From the NCBI GenBank assembly GCA_964291675.2, contig OZ219866.1:1632001-1696000 (forward strand): a stretch of 64,000 bases of DNA, in the 5' to 3' direction. The notes beneath the pieces are model-generated. The model was not told the origin of the DNA and did no database searches. It worked only from the letters and a program-made list of their open reading frames with translations. Origin of the DNA: Alphaproteobacteria bacterium (GTDB lineage: Bacteria; Pseudomonadota; Alphaproteobacteria; MPNO01). Made by a program: the position numbers and the translations under genes. Shown here piece by piece: positions 48,138 to 58,393 of the stretch (the stretch's first letter is position 1; every line of letters begins with the position of its first letter).

Positions 48138-49778
48138 TCAGGACGACGGCGTGTCCTCCACCCCCGGCGGGTAGAGCGATGCAACCCGCGCGCCGCCGAA
48201 GGTCTGCCAGCCGACCAGCTCGTGCGGGTCCTCGAGGTGGAGCTCGAAGACGACCTCGCGCGATGCGTCGCGCTTCATCTCGCGGATCCGCGTCCAGTAG
48301 GGCATGTCGTTGGGGTGCCATTCCTCGCGTTTCCATTCGTTCCAGGTCAGGTCGCTGACGTGGCAGCTCGCTGTCAGCTGTTCGCGCATCGGCAGGCAGA
48401 TCGAATCGACGATCAGCATGTTGTCGTTCGCCAGGCGGTGGGCATCGCCCATCGCCCACGAGATCACGCGCTCCGGATCGTCGTCGTCCGAGGACGTCCA
48501 CACCTCGCGCACGCTGCGTGCGGCCTCGTCGACCGCGTACTCGACCGCCCGGGCGAAGCATTCATGCGGGGCCGCCTGCGGTTCGTAGGGCTGGGCGCGG
48601 CAGATGCCGTTGTCGTACATCAGGATGGTGCCGTCCGCGGTCACCCGGGGGTTGTGCCCGTGATAGTGCCAGCGGAGCTCGTGTGCGGGCTCCAGCAGCT
48701 TCTCCTTCTGCGGGCTCTTCCAGTTCCCGTGGTCGCCGAGGATCCACCTGATCTCGCCCGACGCCTTGTCGATCTTGATGAGCGCATCCTGGTGGCGCAG
48801 CGAGACGATGACGCTGTCGTCGACGGGGTCGTAGGTGATGCCGTTGCCGTGGGTCCAGTCGAGATGGTGCGGAAAGCCGCGGTTGTGCCAGTAGACCTCG
48901 AGCAGGTGGTAGGACCAGCGATAGACGTCGAGATGGTCGAACGTGTCCCAGCTCCAGACGATGTCGCCCGCCGGCGTGAACTCGACGAAACGGTCGCCGA
49001 CCACGGGCTGGGTCCTGCGCGGCGCGTCCGGGTCGGTCTCGCTGGTGAAGTAGTTCTCGATCGTCCGCGCGTTCGCGGTCATCGCCAGGAAATTGCCGTT
49101 CGGCATCTGGTGCGGCTGGTGGTGCAGGCTCGCCGCCTCGATCGGGATCGCGCCCGCGACCGGCCCGCCGGGCCGGCCCGAGGCGTAGAACATGCGGATC
49201 ACCCTGCCGGTCATGTCCATCTCGACCGACCGGAAGTCGACGTGATGGAAGAACAGGTTGCCGTTCGACATCTGGGTGACGCCCGCGATGCGGGCATCCG
49301 ACACGTAGTACCAGACCACCTCGCCCTCCTCGTCGACAGCCATCAGCATTCCCCACCTCGTGGTGAAGCGGACTTGCGCCGGCGTCATGAAGGTCTGGCG
49401 GACGTTCACCGTGCGGCGCACGCTCAACAGCGTGAAGCCGGGCTGCATGTCCGACGTTCTCGCGATCCGGGTGGCGATGGTGGGCCACTCCGCGCTGTCG
49501 GCCGGAAGCGGCGGCGTGCGGTAGGTCAGCGTGACCGGCGGGATGTCGCCGGCGGCGACGGTGATGCGGTGGTCGGTGTCGGCCCGCATGCCGACGATCG
49601 GCAGCCCGTCCGCCGGATCGTGCGAGGCGTCGTACGCCACCGAGCGCGTCCGCCTGCCGTCGTCGACGGCGATCCTGGTCGCGACCGGCTCGGAGGTCCG
49701 GAAGCGGACCAGGGCCACGAGCGGAACGTTCCCGTTGGGGTTCCGCTCGACCGTCGGAGCGGTCACGAAGTCGGTCAT
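48138..49778 (-). CDS. Aryl-sulfate sulfotransferase (ASST family)
   Basis: NPNGNVPLVA Ig-like start, LHHQPHQMPNGN, DWTHGNGITYD, SLRHQD, HGHNP, YDNG. Confidence 0.85.
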   Translation of the reverse strand: MTDFVTAPTVERNPNGNVPLVALVRFRTSEPVATRIAVDDGRRTRSVAYDASHDPADGLPIVGMRADTDHRITVAAGDIPPVTLTYRTPPLPADSAEWPTIATRIARTSDMQPGFTLLSVRRTVNVRQTFMTPAQVRFTTRWGMLMAVDEEGEVVWYYVSDARIAGVTQMSNGNLFFHHVDFRSVEMDMTGRVIRMFYASGRPGGPVAGAIPIEAASLHHQPHQMPNGNFLAMTANARTIENYFTSETDPDAPRRTQPVVGDRFVEFTPAGDIVWSWDTFDHLDVYRWSYHLLEVYWHNRGFPHHLDWTHGNGITYDPVDDSVIVSLRHQDALIKIDKASGEIRWILGDHGNWKSPQKEKLLEPAHELRWHYHGHNPRVTADGTILMYDNGICRAQPYEPQAAPHECFARAVEYAVDEAARSVREVWTSSDDDDPERVISWAMGDAHRLANDNMLIVDSICLPMREQLTASCHVSDLTWNEWKREEWHPNDMPYWTRIREMKRDASREVVFELHLEDPHELVGWQTFGGARVASLYPPGVEDTPSS

Positions 49779-49811
49779 GCCTGATCTTCTCCAGCCGGGC
49801 CGTCGCCGGCG

Positions 49812-51836
49812 CTACAGGAACAGCCACTCCGGCAGCCAACCGGGAAGATCGGCGGCGACCAGCGCGTGGGCGAGCGAGTCGTGAAACGTCAGCCTGATGA
49901 TGCGGTCGTAGAAGCCGACCAGCAGAGCCCATATGGCGAGCGCGTAGACGGTGCAGACCGCAAGGCGCATGCGGCCCCAGACCAGCAGATAGGCGAAGAC
50001 GAAGAGCGGCAGCGCGATCTTCATCCCCACGAGCAGGGTCGCGAGGATCGTCGCCGCGAGCCATGCGAGGAACAGCGCGGACCTCGCCAGCACCGCCTCG
50101 CGCGCGCCCGCGGCGATCATGGCGCGCCCGGGGGCATCCGAACCTGCGGTCAGCGACCGCGTGTCCCGCAGCAGGGCCACCGCGGCGAGCACCGCGCCGG
50201 GCGCCGCCATGACCAGGGGAAACTGACCGACCTCCGCCTCCCACCCCGTTGCGGTCCACGCCGCCGCCGCGAACGCCGAGAAGAACAGGAGCGCGACCGG
50301 GAGCGACATCGCCGGATTTCTCGCCCGCCCCTCGCCGGCCCGCGGCGCGTCGACCTGCGCGTTGGACCGGATTGTGCTGCGCGCAGACAGGACCATGGTG
50401 AGGATGCCCAGCGCGAGCACGATGAGCACGATGGGGTTGGCAAGCCATCCGATGCCGTCATAGGTCTTCATGCTGAGCAGGAACCGGTTTTCGACGATGG
50501 TTCCCAGGATCAGCCCGAGGATCAGCGGCGGCCGCGCCCAGCCGCCCGCCTTCATCAGGTAGCCGACGACGCCGAACAGGAAGCAGGTCAGCCAGGCCTC
50601 GATGGTCGAGAGACCGCCGAGCCAGGACCCCATGAACACGAACACGATGACGCCGGGCACCAGGAAATGCCCCGGCACGAAAGCGAGCCTCGCGACTTGC
50701 CGGCTCCACATCATCAGCAGCCCGGCCGCGACCACGTTGGCGATCACCAGCATCCACACCATCGAGAAGGTGACGTGGAGCTCGGTGGTCAGCATGTCCG
50801 GGCCGGGGCGGATGTCCTGCAGGATGAGGGCGCTCAAGAGGATCGCGGTGCCGAGGCTGCCCGGGATGGCGAACGCCACGGCCGGGATCAGCGCGCCGCC
50901 CTTGGTCGCGTTGTTGGCCGCCTCGGGCGCGATCACGCCGCGGATATCCCCCTCGCCGAAGCGGCTCTTGTCGCGCGCCGACTGGACGGCATGGCCGTAG
51001 GCCACCCAGTCGACGATGGCCGCGCCGAGACCGGGCAGCATCCCGACATAGGTTCCGATCGCCGCGCAACGCGTCGCCAGCCAGCCGTGCCGGATCGCGT
51101 CGTTCACGCCGTCCCGGATGCTGCTGCCTGCGTCCTGGCGGGCGGTCTCCCGCGCAATCGAGATATTGCGGGTGGCGAGCTCCATCAGCTCGGGGATGGC
51201 GAAAATCCCCAGCACCACGGGGATCAGGGGCAGATCGTCGACGAGATACTCCAGCCCCATCGAGTAGCGCTCTTCGGCCACCGTCTGGGCGGCGCCCACC
51301 GTCGACAGCAGCAACCCCATCGCGGCGGCGGCGAGCCCCTTGACCATCGAACCGCCGCTCAGCGCGCCCACCATGGCGAGTCCGAGCAGCGCGAGCGCGA
51401 AGATCTCCGGCGAGCCGAAGGCGAGGATCAGGGGCTGGACGATAGGCAGCGAGATCGCCAGCGCGACCGCGCCGAACACCCCGCCATAGGCGGATACCGC
51501 GAAGGCGGCGCCGAAGGCGCGCGGCGCTTCGCCCCGCTTGGCGAGCGGGTAACCGTCGAGAATCGTCGCCTGCGACGCCGCGGTGCCCGGAATCCCGAGC
51601 ATGACCGAGGCGATGGTGTCGCTGGTGGTGGTGACGGCGAACAGCCCGAGCAGCAGCGCGATCGCGCTCAGCGGCTCCATGTCGAAGGTGAACGGCAGCA
51701 GCAGGAGCATGCCGATGATGCCGCCGAGCCCCGGTACCGCGCCGAGCCAGATTCCGATGAATATCCCGAGCCCGAGGAACAGCAGGACCTTCAACTCGAA
51801 GATCGAGTCCAGTCCGGTGAGCAGGGCCTCTAGCAT
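49812..51836 (-). CDS. tctA: Tripartite tricarboxylate transporter TctA with fused TctB-like C-terminus
   Basis: GAVPGLG, GIPGT...LDGYP, GVIAPEAANNA, IPGS; ~170 extra residues with 4 TMs. Confidence 0.88.
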   Translation of the reverse strand: MLEALLTGLDSIFELKVLLFLGLGIFIGIWLGAVPGLGGIIGMLLLLPFTFDMEPLSAIALLLGLFAVTTTSDTIASVMLGIPGTAASQATILDGYPLAKRGEAPRAFGAAFAVSAYGGVFGAVALAISLPIVQPLILAFGSPEIFALALLGLAMVGALSGGSMVKGLAAAAMGLLLSTVGAAQTVAEERYSMGLEYLVDDLPLIPVVLGIFAIPELMELATRNISIARETARQDAGSSIRDGVNDAIRHGWLATRCAAIGTYVGMLPGLGAAIVDWVAYGHAVQSARDKSRFGEGDIRGVIAPEAANNATKGGALIPAVAFAIPGSLGTAILLSALILQDIRPGPDMLTTELHVTFSMVWMLVIANVVAAGLLMMWSRQVARLAFVPGHFLVPGVIVFVFMGSWLGGLSTIEAWLTCFLFGVVGYLMKAGGWARPPLILGLILGTIVENRFLLSMKTYDGIGWLANPIVLIVLALGILTMVLSARSTIRSNAQVDAPRAGEGRARNPAMSLPVALLFFSAFAAAAWTATGWEAEVGQFPLVMAAPGAVLAAVALLRDTRSLTAGSDAPGRAMIAAGAREAVLARSALFLAWLAATILATLLVGMKIALPLFVFAYLLVWGRMRLAVCTVYALAIWALLVGFYDRIIRLTFHDSLAHALVAADLPGWLPEWLFL

Positions 51837-51876
51837 GCGCTGGTCCCGGCCGTCCGCCCTGTTACCCGGCTTCGGG

Positions 51877-51911
51877 CGCCGCCGGGCGGGTTCGGGTTCC
51901 GCCCGGCGGCG
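51877..51911. terminator. Intercistronic stem-loop after the binding-protein gene
   Basis: 13-bp stem CGCCGCCGGGCGG/CCGCCCGGCGGCG. Confidence 0.5.
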
Positions 51912-51917
51912 GCCGGG

Positions 51918-52988
51918 TCAGCGGATGATCGACTTGAGGTAGGCCTTCGCCTCCGCGCCGATATTGGTGTAGCCGCTCAGCAGCGCGCCGGCCTGTTCGC
52001 CGGCGAGCCAGAACGGTTCGGACTTCGTCGCCTTGGAGAAATTCGCCACCGTGCGCTTGTCGGCCCAGTTCGCGGCATAGGCCTTGCGCATCGCGGCAAC
52101 GACCGCGTCGGGGGTGCCGGGCGGCAGCATCAGCCACATGGCCCAGACCTGGTGCGCGGCGAACCACTTGTAGGCCTCGAACATCGGCCCCGACGGCGCC
52201 ATGCCCTTCGCTTTCTTGTAGAACGCGACGAAGTTCGGCACGTCGCCGAAGGTCTTGTCGTGATCCTCCGGCGTGTCGGAGCCGACCGGGAACGCCGAGT
52301 GGTAGAACAGGTCGATCGCGCTGCCCTTCTTCACGAGGTCGTGCTTGTAAAACACCCAGTAGCCGATATCGCCGGTCGAGATCGCCTGGATCTCGTTCTG
52401 CATCAGCCCCGCCTTCAGCTTCGGCTGGTTCTTGTAGCCGATGGCGAACCGGTAGGGGATGCCCAGCATGTCGAAGGAGAAGCGCGAGAACAGGCCGAGC
52501 GCGCCGCCCGGAATACGTGCGCCGACATTGAAGTCCTTGGCCTTGAGGATATCCGCGCGGCTCTTGAGCCCGCCGGCGAGGTCCGACCGCACCACGGTCA
52601 CGAAGTTGACGCCGATGACGCCGACCGGGTTGAACTCCGCCGGGACGTATTTGACGCCCTTGAGGCCGAACAGCAGGCCGGGGAAGTTCATCGGCCCCCA
52701 CAGCATCTGGGTGCCGTCCTTCCTGGCCCGGTTGAAGACGAAGTTGATGCCCTTCTGGCCGCCGCCGCCGACGATGTTGCGCACCTTGATGCTGGGCTTG
52801 CCGGGGATGTGGTCGGAGAAAGTCTTGGCGAAACGCTGCGCCTGGCGGCTCAGCCCGCCGCCGGCGCCGGCCGGCACGATGAACTCGATCGTCTTGCCGG
52901 AAAAATCCTGCGCACCGGCGGGCAGGCCTCCCATCAACAACCCGAGTCCCGCGAGACCGGCCACCGCGCAATTCGTACTTCTTGTCAT
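51918..52988 (-). CDS. Bug/TctC-like substrate-binding protein
   Basis: Signal peptide, FSGKTIEFIVPAGAGGG, IPGKPSIKVRNIVGGGG, LPPGTP. Confidence 0.85.
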   Translation of the reverse strand: MTRSTNCAVAGLAGLGLLMGGLPAGAQDFSGKTIEFIVPAGAGGGLSRQAQRFAKTFSDHIPGKPSIKVRNIVGGGGQKGINFVFNRARKDGTQMLWGPMNFPGLLFGLKGVKYVPAEFNPVGVIGVNFVTVVRSDLAGGLKSRADILKAKDFNVGARIPGGALGLFSRFSFDMLGIPYRFAIGYKNQPKLKAGLMQNEIQAISTGDIGYWVFYKHDLVKKGSAIDLFYHSAFPVGSDTPEDHDKTFGDVPNFVAFYKKAKGMAPSGPMFEAYKWFAAHQVWAMWLMLPPGTPDAVVAAMRKAYAANWADKRTVANFSKATKSEPFWLAGEQAGALLSGYTNIGAEAKAYLKSIIR

Positions 52989-53148
52989 CGTCGCGCTCCC
53001 TGTTCCTGTCCGGCGAACCCTAGTTCGGCCGCATGGCGCGAATCAAGCCGGTCCGACGGCGCGGCAAAGGAATCGCGCGCCCGGGCATCGACAGATGCCC
53101 GTCCGGTCCCTAAGTGTTGGGTGCCAGACCATCGCGAGGTCCGAAAGC

Positions 53149-53883
53149 ATGTCCGACAGCGAAACTTCCGCAGGCGGGTTGAACGTCAAGCGCCTGCTGC
53201 CCATCGCCGTTCTGGTCGCCGGGCTGGTCGCCTTCTTCGCTTTCGATCTCGACAAATTCGTCACCCTCGATGCGCTCAAGACCCATCGGACGGTGCTGCA
53301 GGGATGGGTCGAATCGCAAGGCGCGGTGGCGTGGCTGGTCTACGCCGCAATCTACCTCGCGGCGGTGGCGTTCTCGGTGCCGGGCGGTTCCATTCTCACC
53401 ATCGCGGGCGGCTTCATGTTCGGCCCCTATGTCGCCACCGCGGTGGTGGTCGTCGGTGCGACCTTGGGCGCGACCGTGCTGTTCCTCGCCGCGCGCTACG
53501 CCTTTGCCGATTATCTGCGCGGGAAAGCCGGCGGGGCGATGCGCAGGATGGAGGCCGGGTTCAACGAGAACCCGGTGAGCTACATGCTCATCCTCCGCCT
53601 GGTACCGTTGTTCCCGTTCTGGCTGGTCAACCTGGTGCCGGCCTTTCTCGGCGTAAAAATTCGCGTCTACTTCCTGAGCACGCTGTTCGGCATCATTCCC
53701 GGCACGTTCGTCTATGCGCTGGTCGGCGACGGCGCGGGCGCGGTGCTCGATGCCGGGGGCGACCTCGATCTCGGGATCATTTTCGAACCGCGCATTCTCG
53801 CCCCGATCGTGGGGCTCGCGCTGCTCGCCTGCATCCCGATCGTCTACAAGCGCTTCCGGGCGCGGCGCGGCGCGCAACCGTGA
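53149..53883 (+). CDS. TVP38/TMEM64 (DedA/SNARE-associated) membrane protein
   Basis: SVPGG..LTIAGGFMFG, GATLGA, LRLVPLFPFWLVN, GIIPGTFVY. Confidence 0.93.
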   Translation: MSDSETSAGGLNVKRLLPIAVLVAGLVAFFAFDLDKFVTLDALKTHRTVLQGWVESQGAVAWLVYAAIYLAAVAFSVPGGSILTIAGGFMFGPYVATAVVVVGATLGATVLFLAARYAFADYLRGKAGGAMRRMEAGFNENPVSYMLILRLVPLFPFWLVNLVPAFLGVKIRVYFLSTLFGIIPGTFVYALVGDGAGAVLDAGGDLDLGIIFEPRILAPIVGLALLACIPIVYKRFRARRGAQP

Positions 53884-55301
53884 AGCGCCACCGGGTCGAT
53901 CTCTGCGTCATCGGGGCCGGCTCGGGCGGGCTCAGCGTCGCCGCCGGCGCCTCCCAGATGGGCGCTTCGGTGGTGCTTGTCGAGCGCGACCGGATGGGCG
54001 GGGATTGCCTCAATGTCGGCTGCGTGCCGTCCAAGGCGCTGATCGCCGCCGCCGGTGCGGCCGAGGCCGCCCGCGGCGCCGGGAGGTTCGGCGTCCGCCT
54101 GGCGGCGCCCGAGATCGATTTCGCCGCGGTCCACCGACACGTTCACGGCGTGATCGCGGCGATCGCGCCGCACGATTCGGTGGAGCGCTTCGAGGCGCTC
54201 GGCGTCACCGTCATCCAGGAGCACGGCCGGTTCACCGGACCGCGGAGCGTGGTCGCCGGCGAGCACGAGATCGAGGCGCGGCGCTTCGTCATCGCCACCG
54301 GCTCGCGTCCCGCCGCGCCGCCGATCCCGGGGCTGGAGGACGTTTCCTATCTGACCAACGAGACGGTGTTCGAGCGCACCCGCCTGCCGTCTCCCCTGAT
54401 CGTCATAGGCGGCGGTCCGATCGGTCTGGAGCTCGCCCAGGCGCACCGCCGGCTCGGCGCCGAGGTCACCGTGCTGGAGATGTTTGCAGCACTCGGCAAG
54501 GACGACCCGGAGCTCGCCGGGATCGTCACCGCACGACTGCGCCGGGAAGGCGTGGTCCTGCGCGAAGGGGTGGGGGTCAGCCGCGTCTCCGCTGCCGGGG
54601 ACGGGGTCGCCGTGGAAATCGAAGACGGCGGGCGCGTCGAGAAACTGATCGCCGCCGAACTGCTGGTCGCGGCGGGTCGGCGGCCGAATATCGACGACCT
54701 CGGACTGGAGGACGCGGGGATCGAGCGAAACCGGTCGGGCGTCGTGGTGGACGACAGGCTGAGGACCACCAACCGGCGGGTGTTCGTCGCGGGCGATGCG
54801 GCGGGCAAGCTCCAGTTCACCCATGTCGCCGCCTACCACGCCGGCATCATCATCCGTAACGCGCTGTTTCGCATTCCGGCACGGGTCGACGACCGCGCCG
54901 TTCCCTGGGTCACCTATACCGACCCGGAGCTCGCGCATGTCGGGATGACCGAGGCGGTCGCTCGCGAGCGCGCGGGCGATATCCGCGTGCTGCGGTTTCC
55001 GTTCGCCGAGAACGACCGCGCCTGGGCGGAGCGCGCCACCGAAGGCTTCGTCAAGGTGATCGCCTCCAGGAAGGGCAAGGTGCTCGGGGCAAGCATCGTC
55101 GGCGCCCATGCCGGCGAGCTGATCCAGACCTGGATCCTGCCGGTCGCGCAAGGGATGAACATCAAGCACGTTGCGGGGCTGATCTTGCCCTATCCGACGC
55201 TGGGCGAGGCCAACAAGCGGGCGGCGGGTTCGTACTTCGCGCCCACCCTGTTCGGCCCGCGGGTCCGGCGCGCCGTCCGTCTGCTCGCCCGCCTGGGATG
55301 A
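53880..55301 (+). CDS. Class I pyridine nucleotide-disulfide oxidoreductase (Lpd/MerA-like, neither)
   Basis: GAGSGG, GGDCLNVGCVPSK, GGGPIGLE, FTHVA, PYPTLGE; GTGA overlap with the TVP38 gene. Confidence 0.9.
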   Translation: MKRHRVDLCVIGAGSGGLSVAAGASQMGASVVLVERDRMGGDCLNVGCVPSKALIAAAGAAEAARGAGRFGVRLAAPEIDFAAVHRHVHGVIAAIAPHDSVERFEALGVTVIQEHGRFTGPRSVVAGEHEIEARRFVIATGSRPAAPPIPGLEDVSYLTNETVFERTRLPSPLIVIGGGPIGLELAQAHRRLGAEVTVLEMFAALGKDDPELAGIVTARLRREGVVLREGVGVSRVSAAGDGVAVEIEDGGRVEKLIAAELLVAAGRRPNIDDLGLEDAGIERNRSGVVVDDRLRTTNRRVFVAGDAAGKLQFTHVAAYHAGIIIRNALFRIPARVDDRAVPWVTYTDPELAHVGMTEAVARERAGDIRVLRFPFAENDRAWAERATEGFVKVIASRKGKVLGASIVGAHAGELIQTWILPVAQGMNIKHVAGLILPYPTLGEANKRAAGSYFAPTLFGPRVRRAVRLLARLG

Positions 55302-55457
55302 CCGGGACCACGCGGGACCCGCCCGGTGGCGCGGTGGCGCCGGGACCGGTCGGCGTACCGAAACCTCACTTGTGAGCTTGGCACAGATATATCATTAGTG
55401 ATATGCATCGCCGACCGGTTTGCGATGTCGATGGCGATATGAAGCGTGTAGCTTAGG

Positions 55458-56864
55458 ATGATGCCCACCCCCAAAGGTGGAGGCGCAAGGCTCGCGATGG
55501 GGCTGTCGGCGCGTTTGCTCGTGTTGACGATCTTCTTCGTGATGCTGAGCGAATTCCTGATCTATGCGCCTTCGATCGGCCGCTACCGTCTGGTCTACAT
55601 GCAGGAACGGATCGCGGCCGCCCATCTCGCCTCGATGGCGGCGGGCGCCCCGGTAAGCGGCACCCTGTCCCAGCGGTTCACCACGGAACTGCTCGACCGC
55701 GCTCGCTCGCGGCGCATCGTCGTCCGCGGCGCGTCCGACGCGGTGACGCTCGCCGGCGCCGCGCCGCTTGCGGTCGAGGCCGTGTACGATCTGCGGGAGG
55801 CGGCGTTCTTCCCCCTCATCTGGGAGGCGTTCCTCATCCTCGGGCGGGGCAGGAACCGGACGATCGAGGTGGTCGCTCCGTCTTCCAAGTCGCCCGACAT
55901 CCTGATCAGAACGGCGATCGACGAAGCGCCGATGCGAATGGAAATGTTCGACTACTCGGAGCGGATCCTGGCGCTCTCCATCATCATTTCGCTGATCACC
56001 GCGACGCTGGTCTATATCAGCCTCCAGCTTCTCTTCGTCCGCCCGATGCTCGGCATCACCGAGAGCATGATCGCCTTCCGTGCCGATCCGGAGGACGCGA
56101 GGCGCGTTGTCACGCCCGGCTCGCGGTCGGACGAGCTCGGGCGTGCCCGGCGCGAGCTGGCGGCGATGCAGGGCGCGTTGCGGCAGGCGCTGCGGCAGCG
56201 CTCGCGCCTTGCCGCGCTCGGCACCGCAGTTGCCAAGATCAATCACGACCTCCGCAACATACTGGCGAGCGCCCAGCTTGTGTCGGACCATATCCGCGTC
56301 AGCCCCGACCCCGGGGTGCGCAAGATCGCGCCGACGCTGCTCGGCGCGCTCGACCGGGCGATCAAGCTGTGCGGCGAGACCGTTGCCTTCGCGCATGAAG
56401 GCGACGTGCCGCCCTCCTATTCCCATTTCGATCTTCGCGCGCTGGTGTCGGAGGTCGGCACGGATCTGGCCGAGAGCAAACCGCCCGGCGCCGACTTCGC
56501 CTGCCACGTGCCGCGGGACCTCACCGTCGGCGCCGACCGCGAGCAGCTCCGCCGCGCGCTCACCAACCTCACGCTGAACTCCTTTCAGGCAAGAGCGGGG
56601 ATCGTGGGGATCGATGCCCGCCAGAGCGACGGCTCGGTTCTGATCACCGTGGCGGATGACGGTCCCGGCCTGTCCGAAGCGGTCCGCGAGCACCTGTTCG
56701 AGCCCTTCTCGGGATCGGGCCGGGCCGGCGGCACCGGGCTGGGGCTGTCGATCGCGCGCGACCTCATGCGCGGCCACGGGGGCGACATCCGCCTGGTCGA
56801 GACCGGCGAGGCCGGCACCGTCTTCGAGATCGAGCTGCCCGCGGAGACGTCCGCGCCACGCTGA
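55458..56864 (+). CDS. Membrane sensor histidine kinase (orphan)
   Basis: Two TMs, HAMP (SDELG), H-box INHDLRNIL, DDGPG, FEPF, GTGLGL. Alternative start at 55497. Confidence 0.92.
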   Translation: MMPTPKGGGARLAMGLSARLLVLTIFFVMLSEFLIYAPSIGRYRLVYMQERIAAAHLASMAAGAPVSGTLSQRFTTELLDRARSRRIVVRGASDAVTLAGAAPLAVEAVYDLREAAFFPLIWEAFLILGRGRNRTIEVVAPSSKSPDILIRTAIDEAPMRMEMFDYSERILALSIIISLITATLVYISLQLLFVRPMLGITESMIAFRADPEDARRVVTPGSRSDELGRARRELAAMQGALRQALRQRSRLAALGTAVAKINHDLRNILASAQLVSDHIRVSPDPGVRKIAPTLLGALDRAIKLCGETVAFAHEGDVPPSYSHFDLRALVSEVGTDLAESKPPGADFACHVPRDLTVGADREQLRRALTNLTLNSFQARAGIVGIDARQSDGSVLITVADDGPGLSEAVREHLFEPFSGSGRAGGTGLGLSIARDLMRGHGGDIRLVETGEAGTVFEIELPAETSAPR

Positions 56865-56968
56865 AGCGGAGCCCGAAATTCCCGCATCCGCCGGAGGGCC
56901 CGGACCGGCGGCGCCTGCGAGACTGCGCGGATCGCGCCCGTTGCGCCTGTCGGACGACAGGACCCGAG

Positions 56969-58243
56969 CTAACAGCCGAGACCCCGAGACATTTGGGCAT
57001 AGCTGGTGAGAGGGACCCCGCACATCCGATCCCGGTCCGATTTGTCGATGACGGGCCGGCTCATCAGTTCGAACATTTCGTCGAACTTGCGGAGCGCGGC
57101 GCAGCCCACCGCCTCGGGGTCGGCCGCGCTGCGGTGTCGGGGCCAGACACGATCGCGGGCGTGGCGCCAGAATTCGCTGTCGTACACCGAGCCGCAGGAA
57201 TAGTGCCAACCGACGAACAGGCCGTAGCAGAGTACATTGTCGACGAGAAATCGATTGACCACCGGCGCGTCGCGCTCGAGGTGCTCGATTCGACGGTTGA
57301 GACGCGTGTTGAGGACCATCCCGATCTGCAGCTGGGCGGACACGATCGCGGTTGCTTCGAGCGGCTCCATGAAGGCCGCTGCGTTGCCGATGCGAGCCAC
57401 AGCACCGTCATATATCTGGCGATGCACGAAATTCGGAAACGGAATGACCGAACGTTGTTCGAATTCCGATACGCCCTCGCTGTCGAGGAACGCATCGAAG
57501 TCCAATTCGACGTCATCGAGGCGGGATATATTGCGGTTGAAGATGTACCCGTAGGATGTGTGAACCGTGAGCGGAATGACGAAAATCCAGCCGTGGGGTC
57601 GGGCAACCGCACGGGTATAGGTGTGTTCGAGCGCCGGCCCGTCCTGCCGTTCTCTCATTATTGAGGGACAGCGGCGGATGACGGCCGTATCGGTCGGGAT
57701 GAAAGAAATATCGATATGCCGGTCGGGATCGGGTCTTCCGGGAAATCCCCTGGCATCGAAGACCAGATCGTAATGTTCCGGCGTCCGGCCCTCCAATTCC
57801 ACCAGCGCGCCGCCCTCCACTCGGGTGATATTGAGCACTTTCGCGTCGATGCGGCGTGCGCGCGTGCACTCGCGCAGCAGGGCTTCCATCAGATCGGCGG
57901 ACAGGTGGTAGGCGTAAGAAACGTGTTGCGGCGTGAAGTAGTGGGTGAAGTCCCGAGTGCGTCGGCCCCATCCCTCGAACGCAACACCGTATTTGCGCGT
58001 TCCGTTCAAGCGTTGCTGGACGGTTTCATGGGGCAGATCCGTCAGCTGCTGCAATTGCCGGACCAGGCTCGGCCAACTCCCTTCGCCCACCCCGATGACC
58101 GGAATGCGCGAGTCGTAGATGTGGTGCAGCTCGTGGTCGCTGTCCGGGTGAAGCCGGCTTACGCTGGCGGCCGCCAGGGATCCCGCGGTGCCTCGCCCGA
58201 CGACCGCGATCTTCCGTAGCGATTCACTGCCCGGCTGTATCAT
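56969..58243 (-). CDS. srpI: Flavin-dependent tryptophan-halogenase-family enzyme; probable peptidyl-Trp brominase (SrpI-like)
   Basis: GRGTAG FAD motif, IGVGEG, catalytic-Lys region GTRKYGVAF, GWIFVIPL (WxWxIP variant), GNAAAFMEPLEATAI; 424 aa; near a Trp-terminated precursor. Symbol by resemblance only. Confidence 0.82.
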   Translation of the reverse strand: MIQPGSESLRKIAVVGRGTAGSLAAASVSRLHPDSDHELHHIYDSRIPVIGVGEGSWPSLVRQLQQLTDLPHETVQQRLNGTRKYGVAFEGWGRRTRDFTHYFTPQHVSYAYHLSADLMEALLRECTRARRIDAKVLNITRVEGGALVELEGRTPEHYDLVFDARGFPGRPDPDRHIDISFIPTDTAVIRRCPSIMRERQDGPALEHTYTRAVARPHGWIFVIPLTVHTSYGYIFNRNISRLDDVELDFDAFLDSEGVSEFEQRSVIPFPNFVHRQIYDGAVARIGNAAAFMEPLEATAIVSAQLQIGMVLNTRLNRRIEHLERDAPVVNRFLVDNVLCYGLFVGWHYSCGSVYDSEFWRHARDRVWPRHRSAADPEAVGCAALRKFDEMFELMSRPVIDKSDRDRMCGVPLTSYAQMSRGLGC

Positions 58244-58393
58244 GCCACATGACTCCCGCCGGGACGGTCCGTCATCCCGCGCTGGAACGCCCATGTACAC
58301 CGTGGACGCAACAGGCTACCACATCGCCGGCGCCGTCGCCCGTTCTCACCGCGCCGACAGCCTGTCCCGGCGAGGTCGGCCGGCGAAGCTCCG

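Noticed and set aside
52152-55301. Apparent 1049-aa fusion protein
   Set aside because: Only 53880-55301 is the reductase; the upstream part is antisense to tctC and out of frame with the TVP38 gene.
53880-55301. Mercuric reductase MerA
   Set aside because: No C-terminal Cys-Cys pair, no NmerA domain and no mer operon.
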